A stretch of DNA of 64,000 bases from Macrostomum hystrix. Lineage: Eukaryota; Animalia; Platyhelminthes. The translations under genes and the position numbers were made by a program. The notes under the pieces were generated by a model. That model saw only the letters and a program-made list of their open reading frames with translations, ran no database searches and had not been told where the DNA came from. This document shows positions 13,042 through 26,900 of this stretch, one piece after another (position 1 is the stretch's first letter; each line of letters starts with the position of its first letter). The stretch spans positions 24,862,001 to 24,926,000 of the forward strand of contig CATNEN010000038.1 in the NCBI GenBank assembly GCA_950097015.1. Reading direction: 5' to 3'.

Positions 13042-13930
13042 TCGGCACTTCTGACTCCTAACTCTAAACTTTGGTGCCCATTATTGCTGTTGTTGTTGTT
13101 TTTGGTTAGTACGTAATGCCTAAGACGTAGTTGTCTTAATATTACGTTTCGTATTAGTTATTTTTTAATTCTACCACGAGTTTCCTTTTTCTTAAACCTC
13201 TTCACAATCTTCTGCATCTTTAAGCGTATAATCAGCTTGTTGTCCGACAACCACATCATCTCAGATCCTGCATCTTCACAGGCGGAGACTCTGAACCCCT
13301 CGACAGGTAGCTGACTGTACAAACCCACTGGCTTTTAATTTCCCTAAATAATCTCCCTTTTAATTTAATTTTAATGAGTGAAATAAAACTCCACGTCGAT
13401 TCAAAATTGTATTTTTTACGAAAAATCAATCGAGACGCGTACATGCCACACCCATCAATTGAGCAGTCTCTCAACCCACTTGGTCGGATTAGCTCTATAC
13501 TCGAATACCTGCCTATTTGATTTTCTTCCCCTGGGACAGCAAAATCCCTATTCGGACCGTATCCAATGGCAATAGTGTGCGAGCTGAGGGGACAGTTTTG
13601 TTGCTGAGGAAGAGCTGGAACGTACAGTTGTCTAGGGAGGAGAGATCGAGAGCTCGAATCACATTTTAGAAGCCAAAATATGTTAGAGGTGCACGGGGAT
13701 GGAGACAGAAATTGTCTAGAGGAAGGGAAAGGGATTTTTAGGATGGAGTCCGAGTTAAGGTCTTGAGAGCGGACGGAGGATGAGTAGGGCAGGTATTGGC
13801 GAAAGTCGCGGGTTTAAAGCAGAATTTAGAAACTGCTTTTCGATTTGTATTGAGTTGAATTTCTACGCTCATAATTTTCAATTTGCTCTGAAGAGCATTT
13901 TTAGTTGTCATCTGTTCGAGCTGTCACCTG

Positions 13931-15133
13931 ATGTCCACCTCGGCATATACTTGGGTTACTGTCAGTTCATCGTCCACTCCGGCCGAAGGCGTGGATTCTA
14001 CGACTTCTACATCGAATGCGAAGCCATTGGAAACTTTGGACATCGTCTTTTTACCAATGAGCACCAGAACTCTCATCGCCTTCCTGCTGTCAATCTGCAG
14101 TGTGCTCAGCCTAATGGCCAACTGCATCACCTGTCACGTGATTCTGCACTCCAGGCGACTGCAGAGTACCACCAACTATTTCATCATAGCGTTGAGCATT
14201 CCGGCACTGCTAGTTACCGTCTGTCTGGTGCTGATGCTCACGGAGCTTGTCAACTTCGGCTGGCTACTTGGAGTGCCAGTTTGCAAAGCAACCGGGGTGC
14301 TGCTGCACTCGCTGCTAAGTGCCAACGCCTTCCTGATAGTGTCGATCATGGCCGATCGATACTACGCCATTGTGCTCCCTCTGAGCTGCAAGATCAGCCG
14401 AACCAAAGCCAAGAAGATGATCGCGGCCAGCTTCAGTTTCGGCTTGGTCCTCTCGCTGCCGATGCTGGCTTACTACGACGAGCTACCGTGCAGTCAGGGC
14501 CACAAAATCTGCGCCTTGTTCAACTCAATGAACAACTGGACGAGTCTGGTTTCGTACGCCATCCCCTACGCGCTGCTCACATTTGTAGCTCCCTGCCTGA
14601 TCGCAGGACTGCTGTTCGCTCGGATCTGGAGCTTCGTCTGGACCGTCAACAAGCAGCGCGGCTCCATCCGCGGCCGCGTACTGCAGAGGACCACCAACCA
14701 CGTGCCGCGCACTAAGATAAAAACATTCAAGCTGATTGCCGCGGTGTCAGCGTTGGACGCGCTGGTGATGTGCGTCCTGTTCGCCTTGCAGTCGGCATTC
14801 TTGGCCTTCGAGATCAGCTACGCGCCGGCCTACGATCCGCTGACCCTGGTGTGTAGTTTGTACTTTCTCGACGGCTTAGCCAAGCCGATCATGTACGTCT
14901 GCATGAACTCAAATTTCCGACGCGGCTGTCGGGAAGTGCTCTGCTGGTCGCAGATGCGCTGCTACAGGCAGGAGCTGTACACGGTGACCCGCGTGTCCGT
15001 GTTCGGCAAGAAGAACTACGTCACCGCTGTGGACGTCAACGGAGTGACCAATAATCGATGGGAGAATCCGTCCGTGTTCGAGCTGGGAGCTGCTAAATCG
15101 GCGCCACTGGCTCGGCATAGCAACGCGATTTGA
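13931..15133 (+). CDS. GPR19: Intronless class A GPCR, GPR19-like (400 aa)
   Basis: Seven hydrophobic segments and ADRYY. GPR19-type signatures: HSRRLQSTTNYF, KISRTKAKKMI, RTTNHVPRTKIKTFK, NSNFRRGCREVLC.SQMRCYR..YTVT....KKNYV. Confidence 0.92.
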   Translation: MSTSAYTWVTVSSSSTPAEGVDSTTSTSNAKPLETLDIVFLPMSTRTLIAFLLSICSVLSLMANCITCHVILHSRRLQSTTNYFIIALSIPALLVTVCLVLMLTELVNFGWLLGVPVCKATGVLLHSLLSANAFLIVSIMADRYYAIVLPLSCKISRTKAKKMIAASFSFGLVLSLPMLAYYDELPCSQGHKICALFNSMNNWTSLVSYAIPYALLTFVAPCLIAGLLFARIWSFVWTVNKQRGSIRGRVLQRTTNHVPRTKIKTFKLIAAVSALDALVMCVLFALQSAFLAFEISYAPAYDPLTLVCSLYFLDGLAKPIMYVCMNSNFRRGCREVLCWSQMRCYRQELYTVTRVSVFGKKNYVTAVDVNGVTNNRWENPSVFELGAAKSAPLARHSNAI

Positions 15134-15365
15134 ACATTTGCTGCGAAAATTGTCAACGTCTTTTGAAATTCGACCAATCCTTTTACCTTTCAAGACTAAA
15201 CAGATCTTTTATTTACGAAATTGACAAAAGCAGTTCAGTTATTTTTATATTCTCTTTCGTATTTGCAATCAAAACACTTGTCGAGTCGAGCTGTAAAATT
15301 GGTTGTTTTCCAAGAATCACAGAATTTGTCTTGCGCATAATTTTTAATGTAAGATTATATACCGA

Positions 15366-15585
15366 CTATTGAGGGTATCAATGGCTGTGACCGAGGACGC
15401 GCAGCGCGCAGCGCCCGAGGTCATAGACATTGATGCCCGAAATAGCCGGTATATATTTTCATTGAGCAACGCTGGGATTCCTAGCGGTTCTGTTTGCACC
15501 ATAGACATTCCACCGGGGGTAATGTCGTCCATTAAAACCCCGCGTTATTTAATGGCGGGAATCCCAGCGTTGCTCAATGAAAATA
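15366..15585. other. Two adjacent inverted-repeat (hairpin) modules, probably a non-autonomous palindromic transposon
   Basis: Imperfect 27-bp arms at 15366-15392 / 15419-15445 and perfect 28-bp arms TATTTTCATTGAGCAACGCTGGGATTCC at 15454-15481 / 15558-15585. Confidence 0.7.
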
Positions 15586-16219
15586 CACAATTAACGTTTG
15601 AAATACAAGAATCCAAAGGGCATTGTTCAATGCTTGGTACGAGCGAAAAACCGCTTTTTATATTGCAATGTTTTCGTCTAAGATCCTTACTTTATTAACT
15701 ACACCATTTTACCCTCAATTTTGAGCAACGAAAACTTCAAATTCAAACTCCGATTCAAATTCGACAGAATTTACCAGTATGAGTGTAACTTTTGTCGTTC
15801 GCTGTGTCAAAATTGAATCAGAGTTAATCCCATTTTAAAGTACAGTTTGTAATTATATTTCATCATCAATAAACTATAGAAAGTATAAAAATCTTTAATA
15901 GCTGTCCAAAAACTGTATACTCGTACTTATAAACAATGTAGGTTTGCGTGTTTCGGACAATTCTATGAGTAAGTATGAGTAGGAAAATGAGTCCCGCTTT
16001 ACCGCTTTTCTATTATAAATCTATTAATAGAGCGCAGCAGTAGGTGGTAAACAATTATGATAATTACCATAATCCGTAGGTCTTTTGTACAATTTCCAAG
16101 CGATGCTTAGTGAGACAGAAAAGCGTACACCAATAATAATTTACTTATTGCATGAGCTTAACGGCCGCCTAAAAATGATGTAGAGATATATCTCTCCAAA
16201 AGAAAGAGCGAATAAGCAA

Positions 16220-16665
16220 TCTGAGAGGATCTCTCTATGAGGATCTCTGTATGAGGATCTCTCTCTGAGGATCTCTCTCTGAGGATCTCTCTCTGAGGAT
16301 CTCTCTCTGAGGATCTCTCTCTGAGGATCTCTCTCTGAGGATCTCTCTCTGAGGATCTCTCTCTGAGGATCTCTCTCTGAGGATCTCTCTCTGAGGACCT
16401 CTCTCTGAGGATCACTCTCTGAGGATCTCTCTCTGAGGATCTCTCTCTGAGGATCTCTCTCTGAGGATCACTCTCTGAGGATCTCTCTCTGAGGATCTCT
16501 CTCTGAGGATCACTCTCTGAGGATCTCTCTCTGAGGATCTCTCTCTGAGGATCTCTCTCTGAGGATCACTCTCTGAGGATCTCTCTCTGAGGATCTCTCT
16601 CTGAGGATCACTCTCTGAGGATCTCTCTCTGAGGATCACTCTCTGAGGATCTCTCTCTGAGGATC
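16220..16665. repeat. Minisatellite, 14-bp unit GAGGATCTCTCTCT
   Basis: Read directly. Confidence 0.97.
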
Positions 16666-17487
16666 GCTTTTGTAAGAGTAAAAAGAAACAAAACAGAAGT
16701 CTGATTAACTCTGATAAACTAGAAGTATTGACAGTTCAGTAGACGTTTTGGGTAAAAGACAATTTATTCATTAAAAAATATTGAAGTCCTATTTGAGTAG
16801 CTCGTACATATTGAAACGTACTTATGGTCAACTTTATAGAAATGTTCTAACTAATTATTTTTAAGGCCACTGAAAATATTGTACAACAGCAGAAACAAAA
16901 GTAAAAGTTACTAAATTTTCAAGACACTACCTGATACTAATAAATTTTTTATAAAATAAGGCAGTTGAGGGTTACACATAGGAAAAGGATAAACAAATCC
17001 TATTTTATACACATTGTTAAAAACACAACAAGGCGTTGTGGTCGCATTCTTTCAAAGGCACTTTTAAGATTCTAAATATAATTATTACAAGCACACCGTG
17101 CTATGCATTTATGAGTGTAACTTTCATAATAGATATATAGAATCGGAAGAGATAGTTAATATGTACCACAAGGAGAATACGAGATAGAAATAGTTATGTA
17201 TATCAAATATTAAGGTCACTTTTGTGGATTCGTCTGATTTAAATAAGTGGCTGCAAAAGTTATTCTGCCTACATTTCTAAAAAAATAGAAACGAGAAAAT
17301 CTAAAAGCAGCTTATTCATAGCACGACGCATTTTATATAAGAAACACGTTTTTTGTAACTGTTGAAACAAGAAATTGACATTTTTCAAAAAAGAAAACAA
17401 AAAAACAAATATTTAGGCTGCGGAAGAAATAAAGACATTTTATTCCAAAAATGAGATCTGACAAAAATCTCTCCGCTAAATTCTTGA

Positions 17488-17820
17488 AATTGGGATTCTT
17501 GGAATTGGGATTCTTGGAATTGGGATTCTTGGAATTGGGATTCTTGGAATTGGGATTCTTGGAATTGGGATTCTTGGATTTGGGATTCTTGGATTTGGGA
17601 TTCTTGGATTTGGGATTCTTGGAATTGGGATTCTTTGAATCGGGATTCTTTGAATCGGGATTCTTTGAATCGGGATTCTTTGAATCGGGATTCTTTGAAT
17701 CGGGATTCTTTGAATCGGGATTCTTTGATTCGGGATTCTTTGATTCGGGATTCTTGGAATCGGGATTCTTGGAATCGGGATTCTTGGAATCGGGATTCTT
17801 TGAATCGGAATTCTTGCAAT
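17488..17820. repeat. Minisatellite, 15-bp unit GGGATTCTT(G/T)GA(A/T)T(T/C)
   Basis: Read directly, with variants arranged in blocks. Confidence 0.96.
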
Positions 17821-17932
17821 CGGTATCATTGAAAATCTGTGATTTATTGTTGAAGACAACTTTACCTCCACAAATACTCTAGCAGGTAAAGTTGTAAATT
17901 CGCATTTTGTTCTCAAATGATCATTTAATAGA

Positions 17933-20900
17933 TTATTGATTACTTGGTCCCGGCGTCGCCGACTGGTCGCCTGGCTTGTTACGACTTGAGGCTTGCCATT
18001 TCAGGTACATCCATTTCTCTTTAAAGTACATCCACCTAAGTTAGGTAAGGAACGAACGAAATGAAATAAAATTCGAAGCGTCGATAAGTCTTAGTTTTAA
18101 TTTTAGACAGTTAGATAAAATTCGACGTCCGGTCTATTTTTAGCATTTAAGGTTAACTTGCACGTGATGTTAGCGTGACCATCTGCATGGTCATTTCTTA
18201 TCGGCCCAAGGTCAACTCACACGTGATGTTTACGTGATGCACAGTTAGTTTTGGTATTTACTTCTACTATTGAATCCATTTTAACGAACCTCGATGCAAA
18301 ACTTCATCCCCTGTGACTGATACACGTCACAATTAAATTTAAAAGTCTATGAAATTCTGCTAGTAAGAAAATTCGACTCACTTGAAAGCCGAATAGAGTG
18401 ACCATTTGTTGACATCGTCGGCGCCCGTTTCAACAGCGTCACGACCATCAACCTTCCAGTTCTCCGGCTTGACAAACATCCTGGGCTCGATCATTCGCTC
18501 AATTAGCGGCTCGATGATGTTTCTTAGCTGGGCAATGTCAGTCTGAAGGCTTTTGATTTCTTCAACGCGAAGCTTCTGCTCGGATTGGATCTTCATGCCT
18601 AGCACGGTCTTCACTGTTTGTGTGATCTCCGCAAGTCGACGAATTGAAGCTTGGCACTGGGTGATATTTATTAGTAAATATATTTTTGTGAAATCTTGCA
18701 TTATTTCGGGCCTCTAGTTGAGAACTTTCCATTTTCATCGCGTGCCCTGCGCCCTCAGCCGATTGGCTAGCTAGCCATTCTTGCCTTCCTCTCACTCCCT
18801 GCCCCTCTAGCGCCAATCAGATCTATACAGCCTTACCCACCCCACTTCCGCTATGGACTATTCTAGGTTTCAAGCCAGACAGTCTATTCTCATCCTGCTT
18901 GCGCTTGGGTCTCTCTGTATACCCATATCCTCATCGCTGCTTGCTATTAAATAGTAGAACTACCAAGGGATATTTCCCCTGACAATTTTTGTGCTGCACC
19001 TGAACGGAGCAACGCAAGCACACGTAACTCAAGAACACAGGCCAAATTTTTGTTGCGCATCTTCTGAAACAAGAACCAAGTCGCCAGCTCTTCAGACCGT
19101 CGAGATATTCAATGGTTCTGGCCGAAGGTCTGATTTTCCCGTAAGCGCTAGTGTATTTTATAAACCCCTATTCACGAATTAGCACTGCGCCTCAGTGCGG
19201 CCTTCGCAGGCCTTCAAAATTTATCAGCATGTCACCCGAATGTGCTTGCATCATCTCTGTCTTCGGTGGTCATCTAAACGGACTGCTGGACCTTCAAGGG
19301 CTACAGCAGGTGGAACTAGGCCACTATGGATACCCTGACGCGAATTTCTAAAATTTCTGACAGACAGCCCAGTCTGTCAACCAATCAGTCACCACCCTGG
19401 CTTCTATGCCACTGACACGCCTGCGAAATGAGAATACGCACCTCCTCCAGGTCCTGTTTGGTGACGCCTTCATCCTTGGGAATCTCTGAGCGCACAATTT
19501 CAATCTCGCGGCGCAAACTGTCGACATCCTGGACGCGACCGGAAACCTCGGCGCCGATGTTCGCGCGGGTGTCCTCCTTCAGCAGGTTGATCCTTTCGGT
19601 GTTCCGGTTCACCTGAGAAATGTTTTAAAATAAAAAATTTGTTTATTTTACAAGCTGCCTCATACCAATTCGAAAGCAAGACTGCTTTAACCCCGAAAAC
19701 CCGGATGGCCATCCCTGCTGGCCATGGCTCACTAAGCAAACTGCCCATACTCTATGGGAGTTTCATGTTGAAAAGCTACACGGTCCCAACTGCCGGAATG
19801 GCCAGCCCAGCTACTCTAAGGCCGCAACTCTTAAAGAGCGTCTGGGGGCTAAAGCCATTTGTTGGAGAGAAAAAGAGACTGAAAATAGGGAAGGTCTGGG
19901 CTTATTTTTGTTTACCGGAGGTTAAGAGAGTGAAGAAGCGAGCAAAAATAGTCTATGGCCAGTCCTGCTGGCCATCCGGCAGAACTGACTGTTTAGGCGT
20001 TAGAGCTTAGGTTTGAAGAGGTAAACACTCACCCCTTCATCAATGGCTTTGTGCATCGACCGCATCTCTGCCATCTGCGCATTGGTCTGTGTCTGCCAAA
20101 GCGATATCGATTCAACCTTCTCTCGCAAATTCTGAGTCATCGCTGTGGTCGCCTAGAAATGGATGATATTTAAAACGAAACAATAGATGCAAGTAATTAT
20201 AACGACATCTAACACCGGAAAACTTGTATGCTAGAACATAAAACTAGAGAAATGGACTTAAAAACATGTACAACTCAACATATTATAGTTTAATACATTT
20301 ATTAGAGAGAAAACACGTTTTTTTAGTTTTAAACTCTTGTGTAGGAACTGATAAATTACGCTTGGAGTCTTTTATTTGACACATTTGACATGTGTATAGT
20401 TCCCGATAAATATAATTTTCATGTTCTGTAGTATGACAGAATTACAGAAATTTTCCACTTTTTGACACAGGCAGAAAATAAAATAGATAATCTGAATACT
20501 TATCGACTTATATATGGTTTCTATTTACCTCTGATTCGCTCCCCATATGTAACGTTTGCGCGTTTGTTTGTCTGATAAATTGAGAATCTTTTTGAGTTTC
20601 AGAAGTGAAGCTTCCATTACTAAATGGAAAATGTGGCTATTTGAAATGCGGTCTTTCTACTGTCAATAATGAAATCATGAAGTTTACAAAAAAACTGGTT
20701 GCAATTAAGAATGTTGACTAGATTTCTCACCGCTGCTAGTTTAGACTCGACTCGATCATCCACACCTGCCAGGCGTTGACGAAGGTTCTCCAACTGGGTC
20801 TCAATGTCCACCAGCTTTCGTCCGTTCTCTTTGCGATACTCTTCTAGAAGTTCTTGCATGTACTTCTTGTTCTAAAAGTTTGATTTAAGCAAGTCGTTTA

Positions 20901-23900
20901 GTGCTGTAGAAATCGAATGAAATGCTTCTCAAAGAACTGTAGAAATCGAATGAAATGCTTCTCAAAGAACTGTAGAAATCGAATGAAATGCTTCTCAAAG
21001 AACTGTAGAAATCTAATGAAATGCTTCTCAAAGAACTGTAGAAATCGAATGAAATGCTTCTCAAAGAACTGTAGAAATCTAATGAAATCTTCTTAAAGAT
21101 CTGTAGAAATCGAATGAAATACTTTTCAAAGAACTATAGAAATCGAACGAAATGCTTCTCAAAGAACTGTAGAAATCTAATGAAATCTTCTTAAAGATCT
21201 GTAGAAATCAAATGAAATACTTTTCAAAGAACTGTAGAAATCGAATGAAATGCTTTTCAAAGAACTTTAGAAATCTAATGAAATGCTTTTCAAAGAACTT
21301 TAGAAATCTAATGAAATGCTTCTCAAAGAACTGTAGAAATCGAATGAAATACTTTTCAAAGAACTGTAGAAATCTAATGAAATACTTTTCAAAGAACTGT
21401 AGAAATCGAATGAAATACTTTTCAAAGAACTGTAGAAATCTAATGAAATGCTTTTCAAAGAACTTTAGAAATCTAATGAAATGCTTCTCAAAGAACTGTA
21501 GAAATCGAATGAAATACTTTTCAGAGAACTGTAGAAATCGAATGAAATACTTTTCAAAGAACTGTAGAAATCGAATGAAATACTTTTCAAAGAACTGTAG
21601 AAATCGAATGAAATGCTTTTCAAAGAACTGTAGAAATCTAATGAAATACTTTTCAAAGAACTGTAGAAATCTAATGAAAGACTTTTCAAAGAACTGTAGA
21701 AATCGAATGAAATGCTTCTCAAAGAACTGTAGAAATCGAATGAAATGCTTCTCAAAGAACTGTAGAAATCGAATGAAATACTTCTTAAAGAACTGTAGAA
21801 ATCGAATGAAATACTTTTCAAAGAACTGTAGAAATCGAATGAAATACTTTTCAAAGAACTGTAGAAATCTAATGAAATACTTTTCAAAGAACTGTAGAAA
21901 TCGAATGAAATACTTTTCAAAGAACTGTAGAAATCTAATGAAATACTTTTCAAAGAACTTTAGAAATCGAATGAAATGCTTCTCAAAGAACTTTAGAAAT
22001 CTAATGAAGTGCTTCTCAAAGAACTGTAGAAATCGAATGAAATACTTCTTAAAGAACTGTAGAAATCGAATGAAATACTTTTCAAAGAACTGTAGAAATC
22101 TAATGAAATACTTTTCAAAGAACTGTAGAAATCGAATGAAATACTTTTCAAAGAACTGTAGAAATCTAATGAAATACTTTTCAAAGAACTGTAGAAATCT
22201 AATGAAATACTTTTCAAAGAACTGTAGAAATCGAATGAAATACTTTTCAAAGAACTGTAGAAATCGAATGAAATACTTTTCAAAGAACTGTAGAAATCGA
22301 ATGAAATACTTTTCAAAGAACTGTAGAAATCGAATGAAATACTTTTCAAAGAACTGTAGAAATCGAATGAAATACTTTTCAAAGAACTGTAGAAATCGAA
22401 TGAAATACTTTTCAAAGAACTGTAGAAATCGAATGAAATACTTTTCAAAGAACTGTAGAAATCAAATGAAATGCTTCTCAAAGAACTGTAGAAATCTAAT
22501 GAAATCTTCTTAAAGATCTGTAGAAATCGAATGAAATGCTTCTCAAAGAACTGTAGAAATCGAATGAAATGCTTCTCAAAGAACTGTAGAAATCTAATGA
22601 AATCTTCTTAAAGAACTGTAGAAATCGAATGAAATGCTTCTCAAAGAACTGTAGAAATCTAATGAAATCTTCTTAAAGAACTGTAGAAATCTAATGAAAT
22701 CTTCTTAAAGATCTGTAGAAATCTAATGAAATGCTTCTCAAAGAACTGTAGAAATCGAATGAAATACTTTTCAAAGAACTGTAGAAATCTAATGAAATGC
22801 TTCTCAAAGAACTGTAGAAATCGAATGAAATACTTTTCAAAGATCTGTAGAAATCGAATGAAATACTTCTCAAAGAACTGTAGAAATCGAATGAAATGCT
22901 TCTCAAAGAACTGTAGAAATCGAATGAAATGCTTCTCAAAGAACTGTAGAAATCGAATGAAATGCTTCTCAAAGAACTGTAGAAATCGAATGAAATGCTT
23001 CTCAAAGAACTGTAGAAATCGAATCAGAATCAGGAGTCAGAATTCAGTTGACATTTGACATTTGAATTTTCATTCGTGCGAGCTAAAATCGAATTTCCGC
23101 ATGAAATGACACTTTAAAGAAAATAAATAGAACTAAGAAATGACAATGTTTACGCGTAAATTTTTTGTACTTAGAGGTAAATATTATCTTCTTGAGAAAA
23201 AAGACACTAAGATAACATTAAACAGTTCATGTTTAACGTAGTAGTTTTCAATCGTTTAGATATTTTTAAAATTCAGAATCAGAACAACTAAAAAAGTAAA
23301 ATAGCTTTCTAGTCGTCTGCAAGAGTTTAACAGAAGTTCTAATGTGCACTTACGTCCTCCTGAAACGATTATTAAGTAGAAGAACGTTCTTTAAAAGATT
23401 GCTTGCAACAAAGTCTACAAATTTTATTCTAATCTACTATAGTAAGCTCTTTTTGCTAAGCCTTCACGGCACTGAGATTTTACATTTCCTGACAGTAAGA
23501 CGATCTGGTCAGGTGAACAAATCGGTTTGAATGTGTAGCTGGGTACAGTATCTGTGTGCGTGAATGCTGAGGAGTCATCGGATTGGGCAGAATTGCCTCC
23601 TCGATGGTTGCGTGTCTAGTGTCACCAAATGATGTGCCATTGCCCGCAGCCCTCCTGAAAATTTAATTTACAATATTTAAAATATCTTTTCTTACTTCCG
23701 ACAATCCATGTATCCGTATAACAGAATCGTCCTAGGGGGGTTGTAGCCTAGTGGTTAAAGTGTCGGACTCACGAATCGAAGGTCGGGGTTCGATTCTCGA
23801 CTCCACTGAAACATTTTGTGTCATTTGGCCTTTAGCAGTTTTGTCACTTAAATCTGCATTGCTTCAGTTCACCCAGCTGTTTAAATGGGTACCAAATTCA

Positions 23901-26900
23901 GTTGGGGTAATTGGGTGTCGTGTTCCCCAGTCCATAGACTGAACTGTCACACGCAGCCTTCAGATGCGCCGCGCAATAGCAGCGGCTGTGCTGTCGGCTG
24001 CACATCTGGCCCGATCGGAGCAGGTGAAATTAGCTATAATTTGTGTTGTTGTAGTACGAGCATATTTTGAATCGCTGCTTTCTCTCTTCCATGAGTTTAT
24101 TATGATTAACTTCAGTGTTTTTTATTCCAAGCAAAATGAAAATTAAAACGGTGCCTTTCTAGGAAATCAAATAAAGTTGAACAATTGGAAAATTAGGACG
24201 CTGATGGACACCCGCAGGGGATTTAAAACAGCACTCACCGCCTCGCTCAGGCTTCTCATCTGCGCGGACACTCCGGCAACAGCCTGCTGCAGAGCCGCAG
24301 TGGCTGCTGATATCTTCTCTTCAATCTCGTGCACCCGATCCTTGGTGTCCTTGTCCTTGGCCTTCCTAGACGCAATCTCGGCACCGAGGACGCGGCCCAT
24401 GTCTTTGCGCGTCTCCTCCAGCTGCTTCTCCAGAATGACGATTGCGTCGTCAATTTTTCGCACCGATTCAATTGTCTTCGTGCGGTCGGCTTTGTGTGTG
24501 GAACGCAGGGCGGTCAGCTCCTCCTCGTGAGCGCGTCTCAGTGTGTCCCAGCGACGCTCCTGGCACGAGTTGATGACGAAAATTATATTTCATCTAAATT
24601 TTAGGTAACTGAAGAAACTTCAGTGAATACCTCTGCCTTCAGTCCACAGACTGAACAGCTATACACAGCCTTCGGAAGCGCTTTTGAATAGCTGCGGCTG
24701 TGACCATTGGCTGTAATTCTGGCCCAACTGGGTTTGATGTCATTTTTCTATGTTTGTAGCCTAGCGGTTAGAGCGTCTAACCCATGACTTGAAGGTCGGG
24801 GATTCGATTCCAGACTCCACTGAAACGATTTGTGTCCTTTAGCAGGACACTTAACTCTGCATTGCTTCAGTTCACCCAGCTGTCAAATGGGTACCAGAAT
24901 TAGCTGGGGTAATTAAGGGTAGGTGTGGCGTCCCCCCAGTCCATGGACTGAACAGCTGTACGCAGCCTTCAGATGCGCCGCGCAATAGCTGCGGCTGTGC
25001 TGTCGGCTGCTCTTCGGGCTCAATTGGAGCAGGTATAATCAATTATTAGTTTACTAATTAATATTATTGATTATTCCATGTTCACAGTTATTTATTTTAT
25101 TACCGATTCAATTATGCGGTTTTATATAGTACCTTAAGTAAAGGTAGTTAAGGTAAATTAATAAATGAATGAAGTTGACCTTATCTATGATAAACGCAAT
25201 ATAATTTTCACGTCCATAAACGTTCCATTTAACTGTCGTTATCTCATCTTCAATCATTTCACACCAGTATTTTTTAACGACCACAAAAACCATTAATCTT
25301 ATCCAACCCCTGGCCTTATCTCATCGTCCTAGCTCTATTATCACACCTTTCACCCGGCCAAAAACAAATTCTCACCTGTTCCTGCCTGGCCTCCTTTTCG
25401 TAAGCCAGGCGCGACTCCTGCTCCTGGAGAATCATCTTCTCCGACTCCGCCTGCCGCCTTGCCGCCTCCTCTCTCAGCCGGATTTCCTTCTCTAGAATCT
25501 TCTGATTGACCTCCTCGAGCGAGTCCTGCAGTCGAGCCTGCAGAGCCGCCCTGTCAACCTCGGCCTGTCTCTCGCGCTCCCGCTGACGCAGCTCCATGCC
25601 GTGCAGAGCTTCGTCGCGTTTCCTGGCCTGCTCACTTAGCGAGGCGGTCATCTGCGATAGACGGCTGCCAAGCTTCTGCTCCAGGTTGCGTCGCTCGTCG
25701 GACTCAGTCTCAGTCCTGGAGGAAAGCCAGTTTTGAAGGGCCGTTATAGACACTGCTTACATTTTCTAGACCTGTCTAACATGTTCAGACAGTTCTGTCT
25801 AACAGGTCCTGACTTTTTCTGACATGTACTTTTCCTGTGTGACATGTTCTTTTCCTGTCTGACATGTTCTTTTTTTGTCTGACATTTTCTTTTCGTTTCT
25901 GACATGGCGTGTAATTGTCTAACATGATGTCTTACTGTCTAACATATATTTTTTCTGAACGACGTCCAAACGTTCAATATCGTGTCTAACATGCTGAGTG
26001 TCATTTCAAACATCTTGTGTGTCATATCTAAAATAAAAGTGCCCAGCAACCTTATTACCTTCCTCTGGGTTATTAAATTTGTCACAAGGCAATTTAATCT
26101 TCAGCTTCTAACAGTTTTTTTATTTAAATGACGATTCTCGTCAAGGTGTTTGGTGGCAAAAAACACAAATATAGGCATTTTTCTGCTCACAAAATTTCGT
26201 CATGTAACCTGAGTTTTTCGCATAGCAATATTAGCTGCCACCAGGGTCTTCGACAAGAATCGATGAGTATTTCGACGATGCTGACGTCGAACGGCTTTAA
26301 AAGTTATTTCCTTGTTAAGAACGGAAAATCTTGGTCCATATGGCGGCATTCGGTATTTAAAATACCCCAGTGGTGTTTCAATAACGAAAATAATAACGTT
26401 ACAAACAGGAAGTTCCGAAGCACGTAAGTTTTTGGCCGAAGAAGTTTCGGAAAACGGAATATTCTGAGAACAAAACTTCCATGAAACTACGTAGATAAAA
26501 AATGCAAAGAAAATTTAGTTTTAACTCACCTGGACCTCAGCTCGGTCAGGGCGTCGCGCAGCTCAGTGATCTTCGAGTCCACCAGGCCCCTGAGCTGCTG
26601 GCTTTGCTGGTCTATCTCGCTTGTCTTCTCCAGCTTCCGTTGGACACTCTCCAGCCTGAGATTGTAGTCATCCTCTAGGCGCCGACTTTTGACCTTCAAA
26701 TCGCTGGCTACACTGGAGAAGTCGAGGCCCTGAGCCTCCAGGCGCTGCTTCAAAGAGCGCATCTCCTCAACCAGTTGAAAGGCCACCCGTTCCAGTTGTC
26801 CCTTGGCTCGAGTCATGCCCTGTGGGTAGTTTTATAGAGGCCACATTTTAGACGCAATCTGTGTGACCCCATTGATCGCGCTGAAGGGGATAGGGTTAAA

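Noticed and set aside
13504-13797. Short inverted repeat AATACCTGCC / GGCAGGTATT upstream of GPR19
   Set aside because: Only ~10-13 bp, no TSD and no second copy in the window, so insufficient to call a MITE.
13780-14715. 311-aa alternative-frame ORF overlapping GPR19, plus overlapping or antisense ORFs over the mariner, NEK and CCDC154 exons
   Set aside because: No recognisable motifs. Expected by-product of GC-rich codon usage.
23735-23810. tRNA-like sequences (also at 24752, 61311 and 61780)
   Set aside because: Imperfect stems, variable anticodons and contiguity with shared SINE bodies identify them as SINE heads, not tRNA genes.
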